Below are positions 13,571 through 23,153 of a stretch of 64,000 nt of DNA, piece by piece. Source of the stretch: Phaeosaccion multiseriatum (lineage: Eukaryota > Protista > Ochrophyta, other classes). The notes below the pieces were generated by a model, which saw only the letters and a list, made by a program, of their open reading frames with translations, ran no database searches and was not told the DNA's origin. The position numbers and the translations under genes were made by a program. Position 1 is the first letter of the stretch. Every line of letters starts with the position of its first letter. The stretch is from positions 1,240,001 to 1,304,000 of the forward strand of contig OZ218950.1 of NCBI GenBank assembly GCA_965112735.1, given 5' to 3'.

Positions 13571-14961
13571 GGTCTGTCGGTCTGTCTGTCTGTCTGTCTG
13601 TCTGTTCTGTCTGTTTGTCTGTCTGTCTGTCTATCCCTCCTTCCATCCATCCAGTGCCATCTTTGCGCTCCTGAGAACAAACACGTGCTTCCCGGGCTGG
13701 TGGCGCAGCTTCACCGCTTAGGTAGGGGACAGGGGGGGGGGGCGATGGCAGTGGAGGATAAGGGATATGAGTGGCTTGCCCCACAGCTTGTCTCTCCCGT
13801 CAATTTGGTGTCATTCCTACCCCCTTCCCTCCTCTCCTCTCCCTTGCTTCATGTGATCCTTGATGCATGTGACTCATCTATGCCCTGCCCTGTATCACCA
13901 ACTTCCCCCCCCCCCCGCCCTTCCCTCCCCAGGCAAGGATAAGCCTGCTCTGCTGTTGGCGAAGCTCTCGTTTGAGGATCTCTTCGAAGCGGCCTCTTAT
14001 CAAGACGAGGTGGCCACACTTGGTGCCGGACGCTTCGGGCAGGTCAGTCAAGTCGACTCGGTATCAGTCATTCAGCCAGCCAGTCAGTCAGTCAGTCAGT
14101 CAGTCAGTCAGTCAGTCAGTCAGTCAGTCAGTCAGTCAGTCAGTCAGTCAGTCAGTCAGTCAGTCAGTCAGTCAGACAGTCAGTCAATGCCTGGCGTCTG
14201 GTAGGTCAGTCAGGTCGACTCGGTATCAGTGAGTCAGTGAGTTAGAGTGTCAGTCAGTCAGTCAGTAACTGGTGTCGGTCAGTCACTCAGTCCTCACTAC
14301 TGGTATCAGTCAGTCAGTCTGTCAGTCAGAGTCAGTCAGTCAGTAACTGATGTCAGTCAGTCAGTCCGTCGGTCAGTCAGCCAGTCCGTCAGCCAGCACT
14401 TGGTGGAAGGAACGAACGAAGGAAGGAAGGAAGGAAGGAAGGAAGGCAGTCAGTCCGTCAGTAATCAACCAGTCAGTCAGTCAGTCAGTCAGTCTCTGTC
14501 TTGTGGGGTAATTCTCATCTCGTCGGGGGCTGGCTCAACCTCTACTCTTTGACCCTGACCCTCCAAATGCCTCCAAATGCCTCCAAATACCTCCATATGC
14601 CTCCATACGCTTCCAACCCCTTCTCAGGTGTTCGCTGTGAGAGCACCTCCTTCCATGAGGAGGCAGGGACTGGGACATTTGGTGGGCAACAGCTGTCCTG
14701 ACACCAACAACACGTTCACAGATGGCGATGATAGTGAGAATGGCAGCAGAGGCACAGTTGCGGTCAAGCGCATCCCCCGGGAGGATGGTCCTCTATGGGC
14801 TCAGTCCCCCGGGGGGGGCGGGGCTTTGTGACGTGTTTGCGGAGGTGAGGGCACTGCAGTTGCTGAAGGATGTGAAGGGGGTGTGTCGCCTTCTCGACTT
14901 TGGCGGTACAAAAACGAACTATACGATGGTACTGGAGCGGTGTGAGGTTAGCCTCAAGCAG
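7720..14961 (+). CDS. Large low-complexity protein with a Tudor/Agenet-like domain and a protein-kinase N-lobe; multi-exon, frameshifts at G runs, kinase C-lobe missing, start uncertain
   Basis: YEVGQEVDA...WFPGTI...FSVK|FDDGD (10158-10690); LGAGRFGQ|VFAV (14020-14042, 14628-), VAVKRI, EVRALQLL, VCRLLDFG, MVLERC (to 14961). Confidence 0.55.
13362..13631. repeat. (TCTG)n intronic microsatellite
   Basis: Direct inspection. Confidence 0.95.
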
Positions 14962-15042
14962 GTCAGTCCGGAAGGGAGGGAGGGAGGGAGGAGAGGGGAG
15001 AAAGGGAGGGAAGGAGAGAGAGAGAAGGGAGAGAGGGGGAAC

Positions 15043-15392
15043 GTCCTCCTCCTCCTCCTCCTCCTCCTCCTCCTCCTCCTCCTCCTCCTCCTCCTCCTCC
15101 TCCTCCTCCTCCTCCTCCTCCTCCTCCTCCTCCTCCTCCTCCTCCTCCTCCTCCTCCTCCTCCTCCTCCTCCTCCTCCTCCTCCTCCTCCTCCTCCTCCT
15201 CCTCCTCCTCCTCCTCCTCCTCCTCCTCCTCCTCCTCCTCCTCCTCCTCCTCCTCCTCCTCCTCCTCCTCCTCCTCCTCCTCCTCCTCCTCCTCCTCCTC
15301 CTCCTCCTCCTCCTCCTCCTCCTCCTCCTCCTCCTCCTCCTCCTCGTCCTCCTCCTCCTCCTCCTCCTCCTCCTCCTCCTCCTCCTCCTCCT
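15043..15392. repeat. (CCT)n microsatellite, ~350 bp, with duplicated flanks
   Basis: Direct inspection; the flanking sequence recurs at ~15468-15625 around a shorter tract. Confidence 0.95.
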
Positions 15393-15667
15393 CCCCCTCC
15401 CCCCCCCCTTCCTCCTCCTCCCCTCCCCCTTCCACCTTTTCCCCTCTCACTCCTAATATATCCCCCCGGAGGGAAGGAGAGAGAGAGAAGGGAGAGAGGG
15501 GGAACGTCCTCCTCCTCCTCCCTCCTCCTCCTCCTCCTCCTCCTCCTCCTCCTCCCCCTCCCCCCCCCCTTCCTCCTCCTCCCCTCCCCCTTCCACCTTT
15601 TCCCCTCTCACTCCTAATATATCCCCCCCACCCCGTCCACTGCCATCTCTCCCCCCCACCCTTATAG

Positions 15668-18198
15668 AACCAAGTCTCGATTCCCAGGCAGCCGTATCTC
15701 CGCAGACTCCCTCGTGGCGTGGGCGCTGCAGGCAAGCACGCCTTCGGTCGGACAGCTCACCACCGATACTCTGCCCAGGTCAGTCAGTCAGTCAGTCAGT
15801 CAGTCAGTCAGTCAGTCAGTCGGTCAGTCAGTCAGTCAGTAGGTCAGTCAATCAGTCAGTCAGTAGGTCAGTAGGTCAGTAGGTCAGTCAGTCAGTAGGT
15901 CAGTAGGTCAGTCAGTCAAGCAGTCAGTCAGTCAAGCAGTCAGTCAGTCAGTAGGTCAGTAGGTCAGTAGGTCAGTCAATCAGTCAGTCAGTCAGTCAGT
16001 CAGTAGGTCAGTAGGTCAGTAGGTCAGTCAATCAGGCAGTCAGTCAGTCAGTCAGTCAGTAGGTCAGTTGGTCAGTCAGTCAAGCAGTCAGTCGGTCAGT
16101 CAGTCGGTCCGTCAGTCAATAAGGATTGGCGCTTTCTGCTTCGATCGGAGGGCGTTCTGTTCCCTTCACTTTTCTTGTCTTATACCTTCCTTCCACTTCC
16201 TTGCCCCCACTGCCTTCCACCCACTGCCTTCCTTCCCCACGCCACCACCACTCACAGATACTACACACTGGCGGCGAAGGAAGTAACCGTTTTCACTGAC
16301 GTGGACCTTGACGCCAACAGCAAGGGCTACGAGTACTTCGCCACAAGGTTACGTAAGGCCACGCAGGGCTTACCTAAGCATGAGGTAGTCACCAACATTG
16401 CGGATGCAGAAGAGCTCAAGGAGAGGATGGCAGAGAGGTACATGATTACTGATATGGAGGGACGAGATACAGCGGTGGGCATGCGCGTCGGGCTCAAGTT
16501 CTTTGCCATGAAGGTGAGCGTGTTGGTGATACAGAGAGAGAGAGAGAGAGAGAGGGAGGGAGGAGTGGAAGCCACACCACGCCATTTGACATCATTTGGT
16601 TGGCACTTTTTTGACACAGACGCTATTCTCTTTTTGGAGTAAGCGCAGAAGCTTCCATATGGACCCCACATAGAATATGGTGTTCGATTACTGATACGGT
16701 CACATAAAACAGAAACTGAAAATTGCTTGACACTTGCTTGACACTTGACATTTGACAGGGCGTGTTTTCAGGAGAAGCATTGGATGCGTTTGTTCGCTCC
16801 GTTCTCGCGGGGGATGTACAGCCCGTACATACAGCAGCGGGGCCGGAGACCTTCTCGGTGAGTGAGACTTGACCAGAGCATTTGGTGATACAAAGCAGAG
16901 CAGTTGGTGATGCAGAGCAAAGTAGACGAGGTAGAAAGTGATTCAAAACACTCCATGATCATATCACAAGACGTGACACATGTCGGTGATACATGCTGGT
17001 GATACTGACACATGTTGGTGAACATGTTGGTGATACAGGAGGAAGCGAAGCGGGTTCGTTCACGCTGAAAGGAATGTGAAGAAAGCCCTTCCTTGGCTGG
17101 TCTGTCTCAGCCATCCATCTTTCTTCCCTCATCTTTATCCATCCATCCGTCTACCCTACCTACCACCGTAACTTATTTATCCATATGCCTGTGTACGGCA
17201 CCGTATCACCAACACACCACAGCCGCCCATGCCATCGTCGCCGTTTGGCGAAGCCCAAGAGGAGGAGGAAGTGGACGACAGCCACGTCGTGCACGTAACA
17301 GACAAAACCGTCAAGGAGGTGAGGTGCTGGAGAGAGAGAAGTCCGGGGAGTCATGGCGATTGCGGTTGGGGAGGGAGGGTGCCCATTCCATAGCGCATCT
17401 TCTTTTGTTCTTTGTGTGCATCTTGCCTTCCGCTGCACTGAACGAACCTATGTTTTCTTGTCCCTCCCCTCTCCCTCCCTCCCTCCCTCCCTCCCTCCCT
17501 CCCTCCGTCCCTCCCTCCCTCCCCTCTCCCTCCCTCCCTCCCTCCCTCCCTCCCTCCCTCCCTCCCTCCCTCCCTCCCTCCCTCCCTCCCTCCCTCCCTC
17601 CCTCCCTCCCTCCCTCCCTCCCTCCCTCCCTCCCTCCCTCCCTCCCTCCCTCCCTCCCTCCCTCCCTCCCTCCCTCCCTCCCTCCCTCCCTCCCTCCCTC
17701 CCTCCCTCCCTCCCTCCCTCCCTCCCTCCTCCCTCCCTCCCTCCCTCCCTCCCTCCCTCCCTCCCTCCCTCCCTCCCTCCCTCCCTCCCTCCCCCCCTCC
17801 GTCCGTCCGTCCCTCCCTCCCTCCCTCCCCTCCCCGCTTTGTGTATTGCCAGGTGACAGAGAGCGGAGACGTGCTTATCGAGTTCTACGCGCCTTGGTGT
17901 GGCCACTGCAAGGTACGCTGCAAGTATGGCTGTTCGGCCTGTTTGTGTCCTTCTCTCTCTGTCTTTCTCTCTCTGTCCTTGTCTCTCTTTCTTCTCTCTC
18001 CTTCTGTCTCTATCTTCCCCTCTCTCTCCTGTCTTTCTCTCTATCCTCCCTCTATCTCTCTGTTCTGTCCGGTCCTGTCCTGCTTTGGCTCCTTGCAAAA
18101 GTCCAGCTCACGCTGACGTACATCATCACGTCCTCTCATCGGCGACCACCTACACACACACACAAACACACACATACATACACACACACAAACACACA

Positions 18199-18255
<57 letters not shown>

Positions 18256-18529
18256 GCACACGCACACGCGCACACACATACACACACAGTCCCTCAAGCC
18301 AGAGTTCGCCAAGCTTGCTGAGCAACTCAAGGATACCGAGGGCATCACCATCGCGGCTATGGACGCTACTCAGCACTCCCCCCCGGACAGTTTCGAGGTC
18401 TCGGGCTACCCTTCGATCTTCATGGTCAAGGGAGGGGATGCGAGCAAGCCTGTACGCTACGAGGGGGCGAGGGACGCGGCGGCGATGTTGGATTACCTCC
18501 GGAAGGAGAGCACAGCGACAATTAGCTAA
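15668..18529 (+). CDS. Protein disulfide-isomerase (ERp57/ERp72-like), C-terminal b'-a' part only
   Basis: Exons 15668-15778, 16258-16513, 16759-16857, 17223-17318, 17853-17912, 18290-18529 splice in frame. Motifs [14 protein letters not shown]|[28 protein letters not shown]. Confidence 0.85.
15779..16118. repeat. (CAGT)n intronic microsatellite (also at ~14080-14490)
   Basis: Direct inspection. Confidence 0.95.
17461..17835. repeat. (CCCT)n intronic microsatellite (similar tracts at ~5330-5506, ~30490-30610, ~32155-32525)
   Basis: Direct inspection. Confidence 0.95.
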
Positions 18530-19037
18530 GGGGGCATCAGCCCAAGGGCGAAGGAGGAGGAGAGGAGAGGAGAGATGAGGGAGGGAGAGGTCAGCGACCA
18601 TCTGCTGAGGAGCAGTCGCCAAGGGCTGAGGAGGAGGATAGGTCAGCGAGTATAAGCTAAGGACAGGAGAGGAAAAGGGAAAGATGAGGGGATGGAGAGA
18701 TTCCGGGAACGTCAGCCATGGGGAGTGCGGAGAGGACAGCTCAGGAGAAGGAGACGGCAGATCAGCGAGCATCAGCTGAGGAGAAGGAGGGGCTCAGTCA
18801 GGATGAGCTAAGGAGAAGGGGACAGAGAGACAGAGAGAAGGACATGTCACCCAAGGAGGAGGAGAGATGAGCGAGAGCGAGCAAGGAGAACGGAGGGTTC
18901 AGCCAGGATGAGCTGAGGAGCTACATCTACGGAGGAGGAGACATGAGCGAGCATGAGCGAAGGAGAAGGCACTGAGAAGGAAGGGCACGGCAAAGGAGAG
19001 CAGAACCTTACAGGAACTGAAAGTTTTTTTTTTTTTA

Positions 19038-19417
19038 CTGCGATTTCGCGGTTGAGTGGCACTTTTGACGCCCCATTAATTTTTTTTGACGCCAAATGAC
19101 GATTTTTTTGACGACGTTTGACGACGTTTGACGACGCTTTAGCCCCCTATTTGACGCCCTTTGACGCCCTTTGACGCCTTTTGACGCTCTTTGACGCCCT
19201 TTGACGCCCTTTTCCGTGATTTTTTTTTACGTCATTTTTTTTAGACGAAATTAAGGCGAATTAAGATAAAAGGGCGTCAAAGGGCGTCAAAGGGCGTCAA
19301 ATAGGGGGCTAAAGCGTCGTCAAACGTCGTCAAACGTCGTCAAAAAAATCGTCATTTGGCGTCAAAAAAAATTAATGGGGCGCGTCAAAAGTGCCACACT
19401 CAACCGCGAAATCACAG
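19038..19417. mobile_element. AT-rich foldback MITE with ~150-bp inverted arms built from TTTGACGNCN subrepeats; probable TTA TSD
   Basis: CTGCGATTTCGCGGTTGAGTG... mirrored by ...CACTCAACCGCGAAATCACAG; tandem TTTGACGCCC / GGGCGTCAAA arrays; TTA at 19035-19037 and 19418-19420. Confidence 0.75.
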
Positions 19418-19899
19418 TTAATTAAAAAAAAAATTAAAAAAATAAAACCTCAGATCTATTAATATATATATATATATATATATACCAGGCCTCTCGCTGC
19501 GTGCTCCACACGCTGCCTGCATCATGTAAGCCGCATCCCCCTTGTCCTCTCGGGCCTCTCCTCTGCCACGACTCTTGGGCCTCCCTCTCTCCCTTCCTCC
19601 TCCCTCCTCCCTCCTCCCTCTCCTTCCCCTCCGCTCCTCCTCCCCTCTCCCCCCCCTTCCCCTAGGCCATCCCGTCCGTGAGCAGCAGCGTCACCAGCAC
19701 CTGCACCACCGGGCTTGCAGAGATGTCAAGACCCGGGCACTCTACCTTGTCGAACAACAATTGGTCCACGCGCTCACAACAATTGGTCCACGCGCTCACC
19801 GAGCTCGTTCTCGCCATGGTGGAAAGCGGATCCACCCATCGATCATGGGTCCGGGACCAGCCAGCCAGCCAAGTATACCAAACAATCGCCCGTATCGTA

Positions 19900-20497
19900 T
19901 GTTAGAAGTCGTGCTTTTGCTAGACTGGTACCTACCCTCTGAATTCAGACCGGGAGGTACCAGTCTAGCAAAAGCACGACTTCTAACAAGCCCTAATGCT
20001 AGAAGTCGAACCCCCCCCCCCCCACCGCACATAGTGGAGAGAAGTAACTCGCAGTCTGGGAATCAGACTAATGGGTGCCAGCCGGTACCAGTTTTCGCCG
20101 AAAAACACACTTTTTTCACAAGCTACAGCCAGGATTCGAACTCGCAATGGCCTTGTTAGAAGTCGTGCTTTTTGCTAGACTGGTACCTCCCGGTCTGAAT
20201 TCAGAGGGTAGGTACCAGTCTAGCAAAAGCACGACTTCTAACAAGGCCATTGCGAGTTCGAATCCTGGCTGTAGCTTGTGAAAAAAGTGTGTTTTTCGGC
20301 GAAAACTGGTACCGGCTGGCACCCATTAGTCTGATTCCCAGACTGCGAGTTACTTCTCTCCACTATGTGCGGTGGGGGGGGGGGGGTTCGACTTCTAGCA
20401 TTAGGGCTTGTTAGAAGTCGTGCTTTTGCTAGACTGGTACCTCCCGGTCTGAATTCAGAGGGTAGGTACCAGTCTAGCAAAAGCACGACTTCTAACA
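19900..20497. mobile_element. 598-bp near-perfect palindromic element A-B-A-B'-A with three ~88-bp hairpin units; TG..CA ends; 4-bp TSD CGTA
   Basis: TGTTAGAAGTCGTGC...GCACGACTTCTAACA units at ~19900, ~20154 and ~20410; spacer B followed by its reverse complement; CGTA at 19896-19899 and 20498-20501. Confidence 0.88.
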
Positions 20498-20510
20498 CGT
20501 ACTAGAGGGA

Positions 20511-23153
20511 TCAAACTACATCAAGTCTATCGGCATTCTTGGTCTCCTCAGGCTGTTGCGCACTCTGCAACGGGAAAGACGCTACTCCTCGGCGAGGGCT
20601 GCTTCTCTCTCGAACCGCATGTCTCCTCCACCCCGCTCTGCCCTTGTTGCGAAGGGTTCCCTCTTCTGCCGGGGCTCCGGCGCTATCCAGCTCCGTTTCG
20701 CGACGGCGCGGCGCAGCGAGCGCTCGGGAGGACAAGACGTGCTTTCTCAGCGGTATGCCCACCCACGCCACGTCTCCACCCTCTGAATTGGTGACACTTT
20801 CACCTCTCATGGCCATGCTCAGGTCACCAACGTTAGCTCCTGCTTCAACGCGGCATCCAGGCTGCAAGTGAGCCCTTGCTCCGAGCCACGCGTTCTCCCC
20901 GACTTGGACAGCCTTGAAGACGAGCCCTCCCGTGCCTTCGATGGTGTGCGCGAAGATTGTGGAGTCTTGCAACACCACCGCTTCGTCTCCAATGACGAGA
21001 AGATGCGCATCTTCAGGCCTGAGCCATAAAGATGTGTCCTTGCCAACACTTGCCCCCAGCAGCCGCAGCCACGCCGCGTACACCGGCCCGCCCGCGAAGT
21101 ACTTGATGCAGAGAGCCTCTATGAAGGCAGGGCCTATGCTGCCGAAGCGACGTAAATCGAACGAAGGCGAATCGAACGCTATGGGAGGCTGCCCCTCTTT
21201 GGCCTGCAAGGATGTGCCCAGAACTCGATGGAAATGAATGGCTGAGAGAGCGCCCGCCAAGGCCATGAGAACTTGAAAGACGAAGCTCCCCAACACAAGG
21301 AAGAACACTCCAGTATGGCTCTCGCTCAGAGTATCCTTCGCCACCACTTCCGGAAGGACGAAGGGACAGAAGGCGGCAGCCCCATGCACATGGCCATTGC
21401 GAAGCAGCAGGTCAGATGCCGACGCGCTGATCAGCACCCCCGGACACCATACGCCGAGGAGCAGCACCACAGTCGCAAGCCCACGCAGCGCATTGTGCAC
21501 CCTCGACGGAACAGGAAGATTGCCTGCTGCATCGACGCCATCCTTCTCAGCATCAGCACTCGCTGGGTTCGGCAATACAAACGGCCGAGGGGCGCCCACT
21601 ACAGAAGAGTTGCGCGGCACGTCGTCGTCTCTACCCACAACGGTGCGATCGGCGACCGTGCTTCCGTCCCCAATGCAAGCTCCGCCCAGGAGAAGAGCTT
21701 CGTTCGCAACAACGCTGAAGCGCCCGATGGTGATGCTTTGCGTATCCTCCTCTCCACGAGTTCCCCCATCAGCGAAAAGGTGCACACGGTTCGCGAGCTG
21801 GGAGTTTTCCCCTATCCTGAGCTTCTCCCATATCGTAGTGATAGGAAGTGTATGAAGTGTGCACCCCCGCTCCAGTCTGGCGCCCATGGCGGAAGCAAAA
21901 ACACGGCTGAGCCCACAGTGTGCCACAAGAAGGAAGCCAACCTTGAAGAGAGGACTCTCCTGAAGAACTCCGAGTGACAGCCGTGTGGTGGCGCTGGGGC
22001 CCAGTAGCAAGAAAATACGCTGTAGCGATAGCACTGCCACCATGTACAGCAGGCTTCCGATCATCAGCAGCACGGGGAACGCCAATGCACGAGCGAAGAT
22101 GGGGACACTCTCCCCCGCGCCATCGTCATCACCCCCACCGGCAAGCACGAGTATCCAGAGGGGCAGCAGGTACGACCCCAAGTTGGTCACTGAAAGCAGG
22201 GCCAAAGCACAAAGCTCTTTTCCTATCCGCCGCAGCCCCTGGTCGCGTTCGACCTCTGCCAGCGGGCCAGAGAGTGACGAATGACCGAGCGACGCGTACG
22301 GACCGAGCTCCATCCCCTCGCCGATGATCACGTCCTTTGGCTCCTCATTCAGGCCCTCCCCCCCCTCCTGCGTCTGCCCCCCCTCCCATGGAGACGGACA
22401 CACGTTGGACAGTATGCCCACCTTTGCTCCCTTCCCGATCCTCACGCGATGGACATGGAGCATGCCATTCCGAGTAATGACAGACGGGCGAATGACGGCT
22501 CCGTACTCGATCACGGCCCCTTCTCCAATCTCGATCAAGTCATGCTCGTGCAGCAGCCAGCTCTCTAAGCGCGCGCTTCCACTGATTCGTGCCCCCAGCA
22601 GGCGGTTCCACACCCGCAAGGCGAAGGTACCACGGAGGGTAGAAATCAGCAGTGCGGCAAGTTTCAGCACATTCTGCACAGCATACCACCGCCAGTAGTA
22701 CCAGCTCCTCACGGACCATCGCCCCGGTCGCATGCGGCCCAGCACAGTCCACTTCACCACTGCAATCAGGGCAAGGAACCAGCTTGCTGACACGACGACG
22801 AGGAGTGGTAGCCAAGAAAGAATCCTCGTATTGCCGCGCCCTGCTCTGCGTAGCAAGTACACGCCAACGAAGCTGGGAGAAAACCCGCAGCTGAGCACAG
22901 CAACAACGAGCAGCCAACTCAGAATCTGCAGCACCACTTGCTTGTCAGTGCTGAGCCTCCGGTGCGCTTTCATCGCTTCCCCTCCTCCATCGACTGACTC
23001 GAAATCGCGCTCCTCGTCCGCCACTCGGGGGGCCTCGCTTGCTGCCGACGACTCCTCCCCGCTGTCTCCTCTGCCTCCGCCCTCCTCCGCGGCACCAAGC
23101 ACTGAAAGTGCCACAGCGGTTCGGTTCTGGAAGATCTGCATTACTGTCAGAGC
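20511..23153 (-). CDS. Last exon: end of PCP plus Pls/PosA-type NRPS terminal domain (3 TM pairs alternating with 3 hexapeptide-repeat left-handed beta-helix domains)
   Basis: Six hydrophobic segments; [19 protein letters not shown]; repeated R(L)LGA(R/S)(I/V)G followed by [LIV]G-repeats ([49 protein letters not shown]). This matches the TIGR02353-type terminal domain pattern from memory. Confidence 0.8.
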   Translation of the reverse strand, partial: ALTVMQIFQNRTAVALSVLGAAEEGGGRGDSGEESSAASEAPRVADEERDFESVDGGGEAMKAHRRLSTDKQVVLQILSWLLVVAVLSCGFSPSFVGVYLLRRAGRGNTRILSWLPLLVVVSASWFLALIAVVKWTVLGRMRPGRWSVRSWYYWRWYAVQNVLKLAALLISTLRGTFALRVWNRLLGARISGSARLESWLLHEHDLIEIGEGAVIEYGAVIRPSVITRNGMLHVHRVRIGKGAKVGILSNVCPSPWEGGQTQEGGEGLNEEPKDVIIGEGMELGPYASLGHSSLSGPLAEVERDQGLRRIGKELCALALLSVTNLGSYLLPLWILVLAGGGDDDGAGESVPIFARALAFPVLLMIGSLLYMVAVLSLQRIFLLLGPSATTRLSLGVLQESPLFKVGFLLVAHCGLSRVFASAMGARLERGCTLHTLPITTIWEKLRIGENSQLANRVHLFADGGTRGEEDTQSITIGRFSVVANEALLLGGACIGDGSTVADRTVVGRDDDVPRNSSVVGAPRPFVLPNPASADAEKDGVDAAGNLPVPSRVHNALRGLATVVLLLGVWCPGVLISASASDLLLRNGHVHGAAAFCPFVLPEVVAKDTLSESHTGVFFLVLGSFVFQVLMALAGALSAIHFHRVLGTSLQAKEGQPPIAFDSPSFDLRRFGSIGPAFIEALCIKYFAGGPVYAAWLRLLGASVGKDTSLWLRPEDAHLLVIGDEAVVLQDSTIFAHTIEGTGGLVFKAVQVGENAWLGARAHLQPGCRVEAGANVGDLSMAMRGESVTNSEGGDVAWVGIPLRKHVLSSRALAAPRRRETELDSAGAPAEEGTLRNKGRAGWRRHAVRERSSPRRGVASFPLQSAQQPEETKNADRLDVV

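Noticed and set aside
14805-14830. Programmed frameshift in the kinase exon (similar breaks near 9950 and 11930-12100)
   Set aside because: The breaks coincide with long C/G homopolymers and are most likely sequencing indels.
451-18250. Poly-L/S/E/H, (CV)n, (PSLP)n, (SVCL)n and (QTDR)n ORFs
   Set aside because: Translations of stop-free microsatellites, mostly intronic.
14722-18529. Novel kinase-PDI fusion protein
   Set aside because: Splice phases are incompatible (0 versus 2); joining them gives a stop in the next exon.
18530-19000. Degenerate AGCT(G/A)AGGAG repeats downstream of PDI
   Set aside because: Irregular purine-rich low-complexity sequence with no defined unit, termini or convincing ORF.
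19060-19400. CRISPR-like array
   Set aside because: Short tandem units without unique spacers, arranged as an inverted repeat; eukaryotic context and no cas genes.
20244-20280. tRNA genes at the GTTCGA motifs (also 6547-6560)
   Set aside because: Only a T-loop/B-box is present; the T-stems pair poorly and no cloverleaf can be built.
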